Of a stretch of DNA of 64,000 nucleotides, positions 26,353 through 38,838 are shown piece by piece. The DNA comes from Eledone cirrhosa (Eukaryota). A model generated the notes under the pieces. It saw only the letters and a program-made list of their open reading frames with translations, made no database searches and had not been told where the DNA came from. Positions within the stretch are counted from its first letter, which is position 1, and every line of letters begins with the position of its first letter. Both the position numbers and the translations under genes were made by a program. The stretch covers positions 149,172,001-149,236,000 of the forward strand of contig OZ024740.1 of NCBI GenBank assembly GCA_964016885.1. Reading direction: 5' to 3'.

Positions 26353-29300
26353 CAGACTCAGACTCAGAAGCTCCCGCGTCTTGCGACGCATGGGGCAATC
26401 ATAGTGTTGCACCGCGTTCGGTCAGCAGCCAGTTGCACAGCGTCCCGCCATTGTCTGTTTGTCGCTCGCAGGTCCCTCTCAACTGTCTGGCGCCAGTTCA
26501 TTTTGGGTCACCCTCTCCGTCTGCTTCCCTGTGGGTTCGATTTAAGTACTTGGTTCGCCAGTCTCTCCGGGGGAAGTCTCAAAGCATGCCCAAACCAGCC
26601 CAGGCGTCGCTTGCAGATGGCAGAAGAGACTAGCTGCTGGTTGGTGCGGTACCTGACTTCCTGGTTTGTTACATGGTCACTCCATTTAATCCCCTGCATC
26701 TTTCGCAGACACCTGGAATCGAATGCGTCCAACTTCTTCTCTTGGCTGGTCTTAAGGTGCCATGTTTCACTTCCGTGTAGAATCTCATCTTTGTTTTGAG
26801 GGTGAACTTTCTGCTCTTCCAGATCTTGACAAGCTTGTTAAATGCTGCTGAAGCCTTTCCCATTCTACATTGCAATTCACTGTCCATGGCGCCCCCATTG
26901 TCAATGGAGCTTCCTAGGTAGGTGAAGTTGTCCACTATCTCCACCTCCCCCTGTTCAATGAAAACACTAGTTGGTGATGGGTGTGTCCCAGATAACATGC
27001 TTTTGGTCTTCTTAGCACTGATATTGAGACCTAAGCTTCCTGCTTCGACATTGATATTTTTCATAATGATTTGCAGGTCAGCTGTGCTCTCTGCAAGTCC
27101 AACTATATCGTCCGCAAAGTCCAGGTCAGACAACTTTTGCTCTCCCACCCAAGATATACCCTGGTCTTTAGACGCTCTTCTTAGTACCCAGTCAATGGCT
27201 ATGGCAAAGAGAATTGTAGAGAGCGAGTAACCTTGACGCACACCAGTAACCACCTCAAACCAGTCACTGTAACCATCCTCTGTCCGTATGCAGCACTTGG
27301 AGTTTGCGTAAATCTGTTTGATTGCCGAAATGACTTTCTGGGTCAGAACATACTCATGCATGATGCTCCAGAGTGACGGTCGATGAATGCTATCGAATGC
27401 TTTGGAGAAATCGATGAAGCTGACGGCGAGGGGTCTCTGGAATTCGTTGTACATCTCAATGATGCGGCGTAACGTAAAGATCTGCTCTGGACAGGAACGT
27501 TTTGGTCGGAACCCTGCCCGTTGTTCTCGCAGTTCCCGGTCTACCATGCCACGTATACGGTTCAGGATCATCAGACAATAGACCTTCCCTGGTATGGAGA
27601 GAAGTGTCACTCCCCTCCTGTTGTCACAATCGGCAAGGTTGCCCTTCTTGGGGATACAGACAACCGCTCCGTTTCTCCAATCTGCTGGGACTTCACCCGT
27701 GTTCCACACAAGATTACATAAGTGGCCCATCCACTTGACCATGATTTCGCCTCCTGACTTCAGCATTTCAGCAGAAATGCCATCCATACCTGGTGACTTG
27801 TTATACTTAAGAGTTTTGATGGCCATGCGGACTTCCTTCTCGATGAAGTCATCAGTATTGATAGGCAACAAACTAGTAGGTTCCTTAGTGTCTGCTGGTA
27901 CACGTGGCTCCGGTCGGTTGAAGACTTCCTTGAAATGTTCAGCCCATCTGACTAACTTTTCTCCACCCTTGGAAAGCAGCGTACCATCTTTCGCTTTCAC
28001 CGGGCCTGAGTTAGCTCTAGAGCTGCCGGTGATTTTCTTGGCAATTTGGTACACAGAGCGCATGTCATTACGTGCCGCAGCTGCTTCCGCCTCCTCTGCC
28101 TTACCCTCAAGCCACATTCGTTTGTCCTTTTGGGCGCTGCGTTTCACCTCCTTGTCCTTGTCAACATACTGCTGATATACCTTGATGGCCTCTGGGGTAG
28201 TGGCATGCCTCTGCTGGTGTAGGGCTTTCCTTTCATTAATCAGCTGCCAGGTGGGACTTCCTGTAGCCCAGGATTTCGTCCCCTGCAGCTTCCATGGTCT
28301 TCTTCATTTCCTCCCACCAATTGACCGAGCCTGGTGCAGACTCCTCAAGGACAGCAAATCTGTTCCTCAAAGCAGCCTCGAACTGTGCTTCTGTGTCACC
28401 GTTCTTCAGCTTGGTAGTGTCAAAACGCCTTGTAGTGAGTGCTCTCTTCTTCTGCTTCCTCAGTCTGATTTTAAGTTTGGTAACAGACAGATAGTGGTCA
28501 CTGCAGACATCTGCGCCCCGGTAGACTCGGACGTCCTGCAGGCAAGGAGCTCTCCAACTAGGGCCAATCGCAATGTGGTCTATTTGCGTCTTGGTCCTGT
28601 GGTCGTTCGAAGCCCATGTGACCTTGTGGATGTTCTTGTGGTCAAATAGTGACGAGCCGATTTTCATATTGTTCATGGCACAGAACTGGACAAACCTGTC
28701 CCCGTTGTCCGTGCGGTTTCCATAAGCATGGGGGCCAAGGATATGTTCAAAGCCAGCCCTGCTTCCCCCGATCTGTGCGTTCATGTCTCCCATGATGATC
28801 AAGATGTCATGACGTGGGGTTTTGTTTACAATATCTTTTGTTTACAACATTGCTGCTAGAAAGCGTCCTTGTCATCATCGTTATGTTCGTTGGTTGGAGC
28901 ATAGCAGTGAGCAATGGTGACCTTTGTATGTGATGTGGTGAATCTTGCTGTCATTAGGCGTTCGTTGATAGGAGTCCACTCCTCAAGGGCACCACTGGCA
29001 GCCCTGTCCATGATGCTTGCAACTCCATCTCGGTGGGTCCCGTTCTGACGGCCTGAGAACAGGATGGTCTTGTTTTCATGGACAAACTTCCCAGAGTCAG
29101 TCCAGCGGACCTCGCTGAAGCCCAGGATGTTAATTTTGTAGGCCTCTATTTCTCCGATAACTTGCGCAAGTTTGGATGGTTGGTACATAGTTCTTATGTT
29201 CCAATATCCAATACGTATGGTTGTTTTTTCAGACAGAATTCTGGTCCTCAGGATGTCGGCTTCCTCATTGAGACTTTCGCCGACACCCGTCATACAATCT

Positions 29301-29545
29301 CCGGTTAGAGACAACCGTTCTCCTGACTGCTTGGAATTTAAATCTGATGCACTATGAATTGTTTTCGTAGCAGGAGAGTTTTTCCGGGAACAGATCGCTA
29401 ACCTGAAGCCCACCCACTGACATTTAGTAAAGAGACAGTAAGTGGAGTAGTCTCTGGTAGAACTGCAAACCGATGGCCACGGAATATAGTGTGGGTCGCC
29501 TTCAGTCCTGGACCGGTGCCGAGGGAGGATTTCCTTCTGCTTTAA
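26353..29545 (-). mobile_element. RTE-clade LINE, near full length, with a few stops and frameshifts (APE + RT)
   Basis: IGYWNIRTM, SEVRW, YAPTN, MGDMNA, QIDHI, SDHY (28236-29413); KSPGMDGI, NRRGVTLLS, FIDFSKAFDSI, GVRQG, LDFADDI, FTYLGS (26669-28147); 3' tail of (CTGAGT)n repeats. Confidence 0.95.
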
Positions 29546-30320
29546 CGAGTACGGCCACTACCTTATATCCATGTAGGAGAACCCCTACCGATGCGCTGAA
29601 CGAGTGTGACTTTTTAGTCCAGCCAGAGACTTGAATACTCTGGTACAAACACTACACTTGTGACAATTATTGACACATAGTGCTGAGCCCATGGTACCAT
29701 GTGACGACAAGTGCAGAGAGATCTCCAGATATAAAGCAATGCCCGTGCCGTGAAGAGCTTTTATAGTTAGCAAAGGCACTGCACAAAGCCAGTACCACTC
29801 TCTTAACCAAGATGATATTTACCAAAAAGAAGAACAAGTCAACATCATTGGATACCACCAGGGTTGCAGGTGTTATATCAGAGTTTTCCTTCTCCTAGAA
29901 TTCTGCCTTGACAAAGGCTAAGGGGTCATCTCTCCCGGTGATTTTGGATAGCCATTGACTCTTAAGAGCTCCTTTGCCCTTTGACATGTTTTGTTTTTAG
30001 TCCTGCAGGATGTCCAAAGTCACCCTCCTCACCAAGAAACCTTGGTGGGGTTGCCAGTTTAGTTGCCAACGACCCGACCATGAAACAGGTTGTACTGGGA
30101 TACATTTTACCAGTAGCACCAACTGGTGACCTGACATACACAGGTCCGAAAACAAAATAACCAAACTTCCACTGTCACTGCCTCCATATCCCCCACTCTC
30201 CCCATCTCTCACTATAAGCAAATGGGGGTCCACGCACTGGCCATCCCGCTGCTCCGGCGGACAGAAGGGAGAAGGCGTTTCTCCGGAGGATGATGAGGGA
30301 GCTACGCCGAAAGAGCCATT
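29546..30320 (-). mobile_element. Bipartite non-autonomous RTE derivative (5' UTR joined to 3' end with C2H2 finger)
   Basis: Minus strand has the RTE 5'-UTR motif CTAGGAGAAGGAAAACTCTGA (compare 2335-2365), then HKCSVCTRVFKSLAGLKSHTRSAH*; no APE or RT between them. Confidence 0.6.
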
Positions 30321-30425
30321 ACAGCTCTCTGTGATTCATAAAATATTTAGTTTATATCTAATATATATATCGTGAAGCATATAACATATGCCAAACTATA
30401 TTATTTGTTATCGCTGCATTTGCGT

Positions 30426-30507
30426 GGTAGCGTGGCTGAGCGGTCTAAGGCGCTGGTTTAAGGCACCAGTCCAATTAAAGGCGTGGGTTTGAATCCCACC
30501 ACTGCCA
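30426..30507 (+). tRNA. tRNA-Leu(AAG), probably pseudogene
   Basis: GGTAGCGTGGCTGAGCGGTCTAAGGCG-CTGGT-TTAAGGC-ACCAG...GTGGGTTTGAATCCCACCACTGCCA followed by T6. There is a C-A mismatch in the acceptor stem, TTTG instead of TTCG in the T-loop, and a disrupted variable arm. Confidence 0.85.
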
Positions 30508-32976
30508 ATTTTTTGTTTATAAATTCGTTCGTTTATAAATTCTTTCGTTTATAAATCTGAAAACATACACGAATTCGTAAACAATCATATATATATATGT
30601 TACCTTAAAGATAAAACGAGGGAGAGAAATGTTATATTTCATTGTTTCTGATATGTATATATTGAAAAATATTATGCAATATATTCTCAAATATATATCT
30701 AATCAGTTTTAGAATGTGCCTTTGATACTGTATATTTGGATGGAAGATGGAAACTCCAATATTCAGGTGTGGCACTAGATGCGGTTGTACAGGCGGGAGT
30801 GGGGATACTGTCAAGCACCCATTGGGAGGGAGGATTTGCCTCTTAAAGCATGGGTTGAAAGATAGGTCTCTGTGGGTGGTGCATGTTATGCACAAAACAT
30901 TGGAATGAGGCTCGACAAACGTTTCAAGGAGAGCTCGTAACGATTAGCACCTTTAGTCTTCGAACGTCTTCTAATCTACTTTCAACATCATAACGATTTA
31001 TAGTTGTAAATATTGGACAGGAAACTCTCTGGAAATTTATATTATCACACGTAGCCACTAACACATAGTTATTCATGTCATTTGATATTTGTGTAGCAAT
31101 CGGAACTATTTACCGTAATACTGCAATATGATATGAGCCACGGCGATAATAAACGGAACAATATTAACGTACTGTTGTTATAATCAATTAAGGATCAACA
31201 TATATAATATTTCTCTATATTTCTTTACATTAACCTTATTGACCTGTAACATACCAAATTGTAGATGATTTACCTGTATATTGAGCAATCGGCATATTTA
31301 AGAAAGCTTATAAACGACAAAATAACAGGATCTTATTAACTGAGTGACCCTGCTGGTTCAACGGTGTCTTATAAATAACCTTATTATGTTAAATAACAGG
31401 ATTGTTTAATGAAAATCTCAACTTTAATTACATTAACATTTTATGAAATAATTCTATGATCAATTTATTATTTTCTAATCATTAATATATTCATGTTATT
31501 TAATATTTGTTTCCAGCTGTGCAAATTGTAACTTAATGTATCTTGTAGAGAGAAAATGCCCTTGTGTCGTTTCTTTAATTATTTCTTTACAAAAACAACA
31601 ACACCTTATAATTGACCTCTTTCCATCAGATAGATATTTAGGCTTACACTGATTTGTTTACATAATTTTGTAATTTAGTATTGCTCTAATTATAAATAAA
31701 CCTTGCTTTTTGTGAGTTGAGGATATCTATGAAGCATATGTGTGAACGTCAATATATTAGAAACCAGGAAAAGATTTATAAATTTATCGTTTTACTGTTT
31801 CGACACACGTTTTCAGATAAGAAATCTCGCAAAACAAATTCAAAAACGAATTTATAAATTTATAATTGATTTATTGTAGCTATTGAAGTCCTATCTAAAA
31901 TGTATACAATATAATATCTGTGCCATTTATTGCTTTTCTACGTCTTCTAATCTACTATATATTGACGATGTTTCGAGAAGGTTCCAACATAAGGCTCACT
32001 CATATAATATTAACATGCCATCTCATAAAATCGATGAGAATTCAAATCATTACACTTGAGCCTAAACATTCATATAAACTTTCAACACTTGGAATCTCTA
32101 CCGGTGCCTTTGCACAGAGGAAACAATACACATTTCGTTTATCTAATAGTAGCTTTTCGCCGCGCAACAACGATAAATGTGAGATATGTATCATATTTCT
32201 GTCTGAATCGTATATATCCAAGTAGTAGCATCGATATTTGCAAACAAATCTCTCTATTTGACAGGAAAATGACACACAGAAGTAAAATAAAGTTGAAATT
32301 GCTGTACACTTATTTAGCTAAAGAGACTTTGAAAAGTTATTTAGTGTGAAATATGTTAAACAGGAAATTTATATCATTTTAAAATGTGGTTTTCCCAGAG
32401 ATGGCACCAAACAATAGTACTTTCTTTGAAATGAAAATTCTCTCGGTTGTCCCAAGCTGCTCTTAAGAACTAAAGTTGAGCTTCGGTTTCATATAATTCA
32501 GCAGGTAAATTATAAGTTACATTTGGGATGAAATTATCTACCACCTTATTTCTGTTAGAGGAAACAAAATATAATGTTCTATTGAAATATAAGACGAAAT
32601 ACCTACATAGGATATGATTTCATGACCTAAGAGATAGAAGGAATTTCAATACGATATAAAATTCACAAGATTGTATTAGCTCGTATCCTGTGAGGTGACG
32701 ATTGACGATATTTGCAGGGATTGTCTTCGGAATGTCCCAGATCAAAACATTACAAACCACATTTCCTCAAATCACATGGACTTTATAAACATTTACGAAT
32801 GAATTAATTATTTTATTCCATTCCTACCGATGCACACCATCAGTAGTTTCCACGAATTGTAGCATTTCTTTCCTTGTCTAATCCAATGTATAATGTATCT
32901 TCAATTGAAATACTCTAAAGAAATTACCGCTAGACATCAATCATAATAGAGTAATTGGTATCTTCTTCAAAACGGT

Positions 32977-33031
<55 letters not shown>

Positions 33032-33209
33032 ATATGTGTTCCTTCACGCATAAGGCGCTAAGGGACGCATGTATTGTCCAACCAAATGCCAATGTGGTTC
33101 AATGGCAGGTTAATAAATTAACGAGCCAGAACATATATAAACAAGGTTTAGCAAATAATGAAAAAGTTTCAAAATAAATTTTAAAAAATTGACTTTACCT
33201 ACTATAGTT

Positions 33210-33292
33210 ACCTTTACCGATCGGTTTCGAATCCCAAAAATAAACGGAGACCATACGGCCTTCGTTGCAAAGAAAGATTCTCGTCAGAAGGT
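33210..33292 (-). ncRNA. Type I hammerhead ribozyme of array unit 1 (same motif starts at 33695, 34180, 34665, 35150, 35635, 36120, 36605, 37090, 37577)
   Basis: ACCUU-CUGACGA-GAAUCUU...GGGAUUC-GAA-ACCGAUCGGU-A-AAGGU; canonical core, G10.1-C11.1, predicted GUA cleavage between 33215 and 33214. Confidence 0.92.
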
Positions 33293-36200
33293 TCTTTTCA
33301 TTCGAAGAATATAAAATTCTTGAATTTAAATTACGAACTAGCGCTATCCAAAACTGTTCCTGAGATGAGAGTGAATGAAGTGGAATCAATTTTTTCAAGG
33401 GCCGAAGTAAAGATAGAGGCAGAGGGAGGTAGGTCAAACCGGCCGCAACTATCACTAGCAGCAGTCGGAACAACCCAATTTGTCTCTCAACAATAGCGGA
33501 GAGTAGTAATAATAGGATATGTGTTCCTTCACGCATAAGGCGCTAAGGGACGCATGTATTGTCCAACCAAATGCCAATGTGGTTCAATGGCAGGTTAATA
33601 AATTAACGAGCCAGAACATATATAAACAAGGTTTAGCAAATAATGAAAAAGTTTCAAAATAAATTTTAAAAAATTGACTTTACCTACTATAGTTACCTTT
33701 ACCGATCGGTTTCGAATCCCAAAAATAAACGGAGACCATACGGCCTTCGTTGCAAAGAAAGATTCTCGTCAGAAGGTTCTTTTCATTCGAAGAATATAAA
33801 ATTCTTGAATTTAAATTACGAACTAGCGCTATCCAAAACTGTTCCTGAGATGAGAGTGAATGAAGTGGAATCAATTTTTTCAAGGGCCGAAGTAAAGATA
33901 GAGGCAGAGGGAGGTAGGTCAAACCGGCCGCAACTATCACTAGCAGCAGTCGGAACAACCCAATTTGTCTCTCAACAATAGCGGAGAGTAGTAATAATAG
34001 GATATGTGTTCCTTCACGCATAAGGCGCTAAGGGACGCATGTATTGTCCAACCAAATGCCAATGTGGTTCAATGGCAGGTTAATAAATTAACGAGCCAGA
34101 ACATATATAAACAAGGTTTAGCAAATAATGAAAAAGTTTCAAAATAAATTTTAAAAAATTGACTTTACCTACTATAGTTACCTTTACCGATCGGTTTCGA
34201 ATCCCAAAAATAAACGGAGACCATACGGCCTTCGTTGCAAAGAAAGATTCTCGTCAGAAGGTTCTTTTCATTCGAAGAATATAAAATTCTTGAATTTAAA
34301 TTACGAACTAGCGCTATCCAAAACTGTTCCTGAGATGAGAGTGAATGAAGTGGAATCAATTTTTTCAAGGGCCGAAGTAAAGATAGAGGCAGAGGGAGGT
34401 AGGTCAAACCGGCCGCAACTATCACTAGCAGCAGTCGGAACAACCCAATTTGTCTCTCAACAATAGCGGAGAGTAGTAATAATAGGATATGTGTTCCTTC
34501 ACGCATAAGGCGCTAAGGGACGCATGTATTGTCCAACCAAATGCCAATGTGGTTCAATGGCAGGTTAATAAATTAACGAGCCAGAACATATATAAACAAG
34601 GTTTAGCAAATAATGAAAAAGTTTCAAAATAAATTTTAAAAAATTGACTTTACCTACTATAGTTACCTTTACCGATCGGTTTCGAATCCCAAAAATAAAC
34701 GGAGACCATACGGCCTTCGTTGCAAAGAAAGATTCTCGTCAGAAGGTTCTTTTCATTCGAAGAATATAAAATTCTTGAATTTAAATTACGAACTAGCGCT
34801 ATCCAAAACTGTTCCTGAGATGAGAGTGAATGAAGTGGAATCAATTTTTTCAAGGGCCGAAGTAAAGATAGAGGCAGAGGGAGGTAGGTCAAACCGGCCG
34901 CAACTATCACTAGCAGCAGTCGGAACAACCCAATTTGTCTCTCAACAATAGCGGAGAGTAGTAATAATAGGATATGTGTTCCTTCACGCATAAGGCGCTA
35001 AGGGACGCATGTATTGTCCAACCAAATGCCAATGTGGTTCAATGGCAGGTTAATAAATTAACGAGCCAGAACATATATAAACAAGGTTTAGCAAATAATG
35101 AAAAAGTTTCAAAATAAATTTTAAAAAATTGACTTTACCTACTATAGTTACCTTTACCGATCGGTTTCGAATCCCAAAAATAAACGGAGACCATACGGCC
35201 TTCGTTGCAAAGAAAGATTCTCGTCAGAAGGTTCTTTTCATTCGAAGAATATAAAATTCTTGAATTTAAATTACGAACTAGCGCTATCCAAAACTGTTCC
35301 TGAGATGAGAGTGAATGAAGTGGAATCAATTTTTTCAAGGGCCGAAGTAAAGATAGAGGCAGAGGGAGGTAGGTCAAACCGGCCGCAACTATCACTAGCA
35401 GCAGTCGGAACAACCCAATTTGTCTCTCAACAATAGCGGAGAGTAGTAATAATAGGATATGTGTTCCTTCACGCATAAGGCGCTAAGGGACGCATGTATT
35501 GTCCAACCAAATGCCAATGTGGTTCAATGGCAGGTTAATAAATTAACGAGCCAGAACATATATAAACAAGGTTTAGCAAATAATGAAAAAGTTTCAAAAT
35601 AAATTTTAAAAAATTGACTTTACCTACTATAGTTACCTTTACCGATCGGTTTCGAATCCCAAAAATAAACGGAGACCATACGGCCTTCGTTGCAAAGAAA
35701 GATTCTCGTCAGAAGGTTCTTTTCATTCGAAGAATATAAAATTCTTGAATTTAAATTACGAACTAGCGCTATCCAAAACTGTTCCTGAGATGAGAGTGAA
35801 TGAAGTGGAATCAATTTTTTCAAGGGCCGAAGTAAAGATAGAGGCAGAGGGAGGTAGGTCAAACCGGCCGCAACTATCACTAGCAGCAGTCGGAACAACC
35901 CAATTTGTCTCTCAACAATAGCGGAGAGTAGTAATAATAGGATATGTGTTCCTTCACGCATAAGGCGCTAAGGGACGCATGTATTGTCCAACCAAATGCC
36001 AATGTGGTTCAATGGCAGGTTAATAAATTAACGAGCCAGAACATATATAAACAAGGTTTAGCAAATAATGAAAAAGTTTCAAAATAAATTTTAAAAAATT
36101 GACTTTACCTACTATAGTTACCTTTACCGATCGGTTTCGAATCCCAAAAATAAACGGAGACCATACGGCCTTCGTTGCAAAGAAAGATTCTCGTCAGAAG

Positions 36201-38203
36201 GTTCTTTTCATTCGAAGAATATAAAATTCTTGAATTTAAATTACGAACTAGCGCTATCCAAAACTGTTCCTGAGATGAGAGTGAATGAAGTGGAATCAAT
36301 TTTTTCAAGGGCCGAAGTAAAGATAGAGGCAGAGGGAGGTAGGTCAAACCGGCCGCAACTATCACTAGCAGCAGTCGGAACAACCCAATTTGTCTCTCAA
36401 CAATAGCGGAGAGTAGTAATAATAGGATATGTGTTCCTTCACGCATAAGGCGCTAAGGGACGCATGTATTGTCCAACCAAATGCCAATGTGGTTCAATGG
36501 CAGGTTAATAAATTAACGAGCCAGAACATATATAAACAAGGTTTAGCAAATAATGAAAAAGTTTCAAAATAAATTTTAAAAAATTGACTTTACCTACTAT
36601 AGTTACCTTTACCGATCGGTTTCGAATCCCAAAAATAAACGGAGACCATACGGCCTTCGTTGCAAAGAAAGATTCTCGTCAGAAGGTTCTTTTCATTCGA
36701 AGAATATAAAATTCTTGAATTTAAATTACGAACTAGCGCTATCCAAAACTGTTCCTGAGATGAGAGTGAATGAAGTGGAATCAATTTTTTCAAGGGCCGA
36801 AGTAAAGATAGAGGCAGAGGGAGGTAGGTCAAACCGGCCGCAACTATCACTAGCAGCAGTCGGAACAACCCAATTTGTCTCTCAACAATAGCGGAGAGTA
36901 GTAATAATAGGATATGTGTTCCTTCACGCATAAGGCGCTAAGGGACGCATGTATTGTCCAACCAAATGCCAATGTGGTTCAATGGCAGGTTAATAAATTA
37001 ACGAGCCAGAACATATATAAACAAGGTTTAGCAAATAATGAAAAAGTTTCAAAATAAATTTTAAAAAATTGACTTTACCTACTATAGTTACCTTTACCGA
37101 TCGGTTTCGAATCCCAAAAATAAACGGAGACCATACGGCCTTCGTTGCAAAGAAAGATTCTCGTCAGAAGGTTCTTTTCATTCGAAGAATATAAAATTCT
37201 TGAATTTAAATTACGAACTAGCGCTATCCAAAACTGTTCCTGAGATGAGAGTGAATGAAGTGGAATCAATTTTTTTTCAAGGGCCGAAGTAAAGATAGAG
37301 GCAGAGGGAGGTAGGTCAAACCGGCCGCAACTATCACTAGCAGCAGTCGGAACAACCCAATTTGTCTCTCAACAATAGCGGAGAGTAGTAATAATAGGAT
37401 ATGTGTTCCTTCACGCATAAGGCGCTAAGGGACGCATGTATTGTCCAACCAAATGCCAATGTGGTTCAATGGCAGGTTAATAAATTAACGAGCCAGAACA
37501 TATATAAACAAGGTTTAGCAAATAATGAAAAAGTTTCAAAATAAATTTTAAAAAATTGACTTTACCTACTATAGTTACCTTTACCGATCGGTTTCGAATC
37601 CCAAAAATAAACGGAGACCATACGGCCTTCGTTGCAAAGAAAGATTCTCGTCAGAAGGTTCTTTTCATTCGAAGAATATAAAATTCTTGAATTTAAATTA
37701 CGAACTAGCGCTATCCAAAACTGTTCCTGAGATGAGAGTGAATGAAGTGGAATCAATTTTTTCAAGGGCCGAAGTAAAGATAGAGGCAGAGGGAGGTAGG
37801 TCAAACCGGCCGCAACTATCACTAGCAGCAGTCGGAACAACCCAATTTGTCTCTCAACAATAGCGGAGAGTAGTAATAATAGGATATGTGTTCCTTCACG
37901 CATAAGGCGCTAAGGGACGCATGTATTGTCCAACCAATACATGCGTCCCTTAGCGCCTTATGCGTGAAGGAACACATATCCTATTATTACTACTCTCCGC
38001 TATTGTTGAGAGACAAATTGGGTTGTTCCGACTGCTGCTAGTGATAGTTGCGGCCGGTTTGACCTACCTCCCTCTGCCTCTATCTTTACTTCGGCCCTTG
38101 AAAAAATTGATTCCACTTCATTCACTCTCATCTCAGGAACAGTTTTGGATAGCGCTAGTTCGTAATTTAAATTCAAGAATTTTATATTCTTCGAATGAAA
38201 AGA

Positions 38204-38286
38204 ACCTTCTGACGAGAATCTTTCTTTGCAACGAAGGCCGTATGGTCCCCGTTTATTTTTGGGATTCGAAACCGATCGGTAAAGGT
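38204..38286 (+). ncRNA. Type I hammerhead ribozyme, inverted unit 1
   Basis: Same motif on the plus strand, with one T>C at 38248 in the distal helix II. Confidence 0.9.
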
Positions 38287-38688
38287 AACTATAGTAGGTA
38301 AAGTCAATTTTTTAAAATTTATTTTGAAACTTTTTCATTATTTGCTAAACCTTGTTTATATATGTTCTGGCTCGTTAATTTATTAACCTGCCATTGAACC
38401 ACATTGGCATTTGGTTGGACAATACATGCGTCCCTTAGCGCCTTATGCGTGAAGGAACACATATCCTATTATTACTACTCTCCGCTATTGTTGAGAGACA
38501 AATTGGGTTGTTCCGACTGCTGCTAGTGATAGTTGCGGCCGGTTTGACCTACCTCCCTCTGCCTCTATCTTTACTTCGGCCCTTGAAAAAATTGATTCCA
38601 CTTCATTCACTCTCATCTCAGGAACAGTTTTGGATAGCGCTAGTTCGTAATTTAAATTCAAGAATTTTATATTCTTCGAATGAAAAGA

Positions 38689-38771
38689 ACCTTCTGACGA
38701 GAATCTTTCTTTGCAACGAAGGCCGTATGGTCTCCGTTTATTTTTGGGATTCGAAACCGATCGGTAAAGGT
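38689..38771 (+). ncRNA. Type I hammerhead ribozyme, inverted unit 2
   Basis: ACCTTCTGACGAGAATC...GATTCGAAACCGATCGGTAAAGGT. Confidence 0.9.
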
Positions 38772-38838
38772 AACTATAGTAGGTAAAGTCAATTTTTTAA
38801 AATTTATTTTGAAACTTTTTCATTATTTGCTAAACCTT

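Noticed and set aside
30288-30320. ATGATGAGGGAGCTACGCCGAAAGAGCC, resembling a hammerhead core
   Set aside because: C3 is missing, there is no UH triplet, and helix I does not close.
33476-33505. AATTTGTCT (U7-type Sm site) followed by a CTCTC/GAGAG hairpin on the plus strand of each unit, suggesting a U7 snRNA or SL RNA gene array
   Set aside because: There is no histone-downstream-element complement, the hairpin overlaps the site and is weak, and no SL donor/stem architecture is present; the opposite-strand hammerhead explains the unit much better.
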